57,520 nt of DNA from Actinomycetota bacterium. Lineage in GTDB: Bacteria; Actinomycetota; Geothermincolia; Fen-727; Anoxymicrobiaceae. The stretch spans positions 1 to 57,520 of the forward strand of contig JAGUWJ010000070.1 of NCBI GenBank assembly GCA_020062425.1. Reading direction: 5' to 3'. Below the pieces are notes generated by a model that was not told the origin of the DNA, did no database searches, and saw only the letters and a list, made by a program, of their open reading frames with translations. Shown here piece after piece: positions 55,360-57,520 of this stretch; within the stretch, counting starts at the first letter, position 1; every line of letters begins with the position of its first letter. The translations under genes were made by a program, and so were the position numbers.

Positions 55360-57520
55360 ATGGCAACCGCTGTCACTACCACGGAGGCCACCCTGTCCGA
55401 TAGGGCCGCCAGGCTGAAGCAGGCTCTTCTTTCGAGCCCCTATGAGATTGACGTCGAGCGGGCGCGCTCGTACACCGAATCCTGGAAGGTCACGACTTCC
55501 GAACCGCCTTGCATGAAAGCCGCGCTGGCGCTCCGCGACGCCCTGCGCGATATGACCATCTTCATAGACGAAGACGAACTGCTTGCGGGCTCCAAGACCG
55601 CGAAGAGGCTTGCCGGGGTAATACCGGTGGAGCGGGGCGAGTTCAACACCGTGATGGAGTTCGAGCTGGGGCGACTTCTAACCAGGAAGAGCCACCCGTT
55701 TCACATCGAAGAGTCGGAGCGCGCCGAGCTGGAGAAGGGAATCCTCCCCTACTGGAAAGGCCGCTCCGTCAGGGACCTCAAGGCCAGGTTGTGGAAAGCC
55801 GCCGGCATCTACGAGCCTCTGCGGCTGGGGCCGGTGTCTCTCTACAGGATAATCAGGGGCGCGGGGCTCGCGACCACAGTTAAGATACTGTACCTCTCAC
55901 TCGGTAAGTCACTGCTGTCCATCCCCAAGGTCCAGGCGATGCAGCGCGAGCTTGCCGCGCTCCGGCCCAACCTCGCGCTCACCGTCTTCGATGTCCAGGG
56001 GCATTTCGTGCCCGGTTTCAGGCGCGTCCTTGAGCTGGGATTCGAGGGGAAAGCCGAGCGAGCACACCAAGCATTACAAGGCGTCGCGGGGAGCGGGACG
56101 GAAGCCGACCGGAAACGCGACTTCTACTCGGCGGTTGAGGTCGCGGCCTCGGCGGTCTGCGAGCACTCCCTCCGTTACGCGGAACTGGCGGACGAAAAGG
56201 CGGAGACGGCCTCCCCAGCGAGGGCAGGGGAACTCAAAGACATCGCCCGGAGGTGCCGCAGGGTCCCGGCAGGACCGCCTTCCTCCTTCATGGAGGCCGT
56301 GCAGAGCCTGTGGATGACCCAGGTGGTACTGGGCATCAGCTACGGCATGGCCGGAATACTTTCTGTCGGGCGCCTGGACCAGTACCTCTACCGGTACTAC
56401 AGGGAGGACCTTGAGGCGGGGCGCGTGACCCGGGAGCAGGCGCTGGAGGTGCTCGAGGAGTACATGGTCAAGCTGGCGACCGAGATAATAATGCTGGTCG
56501 AAGCCGGCAGGGAAACCGCGAGCGAGATGGGGGTCGGCTCGAATACCGTCACCATAGGCGGGGTGGACAGCGAGGGCGGGTGCGCGGTGAACGAGGTCAC
56601 CTGGCTGGTTCTGGATGCGCACGACAACGTGAAAGCCCTCGCCAACAACCTCTGCGTCAGGATCGCAAAGAACACCCCCGACGAGTTTGTACGGCGGGTC
56701 TGCCGTTCGTACCGCAGGACGAACGGCGTAGCGGTCTTCAACGACGAGCGTATAATCCTCGAGCTGCTGGCCGACGGCTTCTCGCTGGAGGACGCGCGTG
56801 ACTACTCCATCGTAGGATGCGTCGAGCCGACCTCGACCGGCAACTGCTTCGCCTGCACCGCGGGGAACGACATCTCGCTCGCCGGGGTGCTGGAGATGTC
56901 ATTGAACGAGGGCCGCATGCTCTTCTCGGGCAAGCGTATCGGGGCCCGCACGCCCGACCCCGGGAGCTTTTCGAGCTTCGAGGACGTCAAGCGGGCCTTC
57001 CTCGCCCAGCTCGAGTTCAACGTCGCCAGACTGGTGGAATCGGTAGAGCTGCTGGACCGCGCCTACGCGGAGGAGTTCCCCAGCCCGCTGGTCTCCTCCA
57101 CCGTGGAGGGGTGCCTGGAGAGCGGCACTGACATAACCAGGGGCGGCGCCCATTATGACTTCGACTCCATCACCGGCAGGGGTCTCGGCACGGTTGCCAA
57201 CTCGCTCGCGGCTATGCGCTGGGCGGTGTTCGAACGTGGGCTCGTGACAATGGAAGAGTTGGTGCGGCTCATGCGGACTAACTTCAGGGGCCAGGAGAAG
57301 ATGCGGATGATCCTGACTAGCGGCGCCCCCAAGTACGGAAACGATGACGGCGACGTGGACGAGCTCGCCCGCTGGGTCACGGATACCTTCTGCGCCGAGG
57401 TGCGGAAACACGCCTGCGGCAGGGGCGGCTTCTACAGGCCGGGCATGTTCTCGTACGGCGTCCACGTGATAGACGGACTCTACCTCGGCGCGACGCCGGA
57501 CGGCAGGCGAGCCGGCGAGC
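55360..57520 (+). CDS. glycyl radical enzyme (PFL superfamily, non-PFL type), truncated by the window end
   Basis: Not in the ORF track, presumably because no stop falls inside the window; GGGAGG-ATG 55360 reads MATAVTT...DVERARSYTESW...I.EDELLAG; GRLDQYLY, active-site loop SIVGCVEP (TGC at 56818, in frame), APKYGNDD, GATPDGR. Confidence 0.92.
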   Translation, partial: MATAVTTTEATLSDRAARLKQALLSSPYEIDVERARSYTESWKVTTSEPPCMKAALALRDALRDMTIFIDEDELLAGSKTAKRLAGVIPVERGEFNTVMEFELGRLLTRKSHPFHIEESERAELEKGILPYWKGRSVRDLKARLWKAAGIYEPLRLGPVSLYRIIRGAGLATTVKILYLSLGKSLLSIPKVQAMQRELAALRPNLALTVFDVQGHFVPGFRRVLELGFEGKAERAHQALQGVAGSGTEADRKRDFYSAVEVAASAVCEHSLRYAELADEKAETASPARAGELKDIARRCRRVPAGPPSSFMEAVQSLWMTQVVLGISYGMAGILSVGRLDQYLYRYYREDLEAGRVTREQALEVLEEYMVKLATEIIMLVEAGRETASEMGVGSNTVTIGGVDSEGGCAVNEVTWLVLDAHDNVKALANNLCVRIAKNTPDEFVRRVCRSYRRTNGVAVFNDERIILELLADGFSLEDARDYSIVGCVEPTSTGNCFACTAGNDISLAGVLEMSLNEGRMLFSGKRIGARTPDPGSFSSFEDVKRAFLAQLEFNVARLVESVELLDRAYAEEFPSPLVSSTVEGCLESGTDITRGGAHYDFDSITGRGLGTVANSLAAMRWAVFERGLVTMEELVRLMRTNFRGQEKMRMILTSGAPKYGNDDGDVDELARWVTDTFCAEVRKHACGRGGFYRPGMFSYGVHVIDGLYLGATPDGRRAGE

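Noticed and set aside
1-57520. CRISPR array, tRNA or rRNA genes
   Set aside because: No regularly spaced repeats or cloverleaf/rRNA signatures seen by eye; intergenic gaps are short

Overview
GC-rich bacterial chromosomal segment with about 50 genes and no rRNA, tRNA, CRISPR array, transposase or integrase that I could recognise. The gene content points to an anaerobic actinobacterium, probably Ca. Geothermincolia-like (inference from the 'WYMAEGATAGGFETWILVENPG' surface repeat, a corrinoid protein, MetVF, rubrerythrin and a glycyl radical enzyme). Most of the window is metabolic or accessory: hydrolases, SDRs, acyl-CoA ligase, CoA-transferase, gdh, greA and a stand-alone rpoD-like sigma factor. 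Solitary selfish or defence-type genes are scattered through it (tandem HNH, AAA+DUF4143, Fic, AbrB/RelE-like TA); the last three each have a palindrome just upstream. Highlights: (1) the same ~75-nt 5' leader (GAGT...TTCTTWGGT...GTCCCGAG-loop-CTCGGGGC-U7...AGGAGG) lies in front of both the rpoD paralogue and an RRM RNA-binding protein gene 34 kb away, a candidate undescribed attenuator or regulon. (2) An operon fdhF - degenerate NuoE/NuoF fusion - metV - histidine kinase - metF - two receiver proteins suggests an unusual formate-linked methylene-THF reductase module. (3) A KaiC/RecA-like + PEP-synthase-like protein faces gdh. (4) Three exported-protein genes are each broken by one small lesion. 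(5) A glycyl radical enzyme of unknown substrate runs off the right edge. All product calls come from motif recognition by eye; no database search was run.
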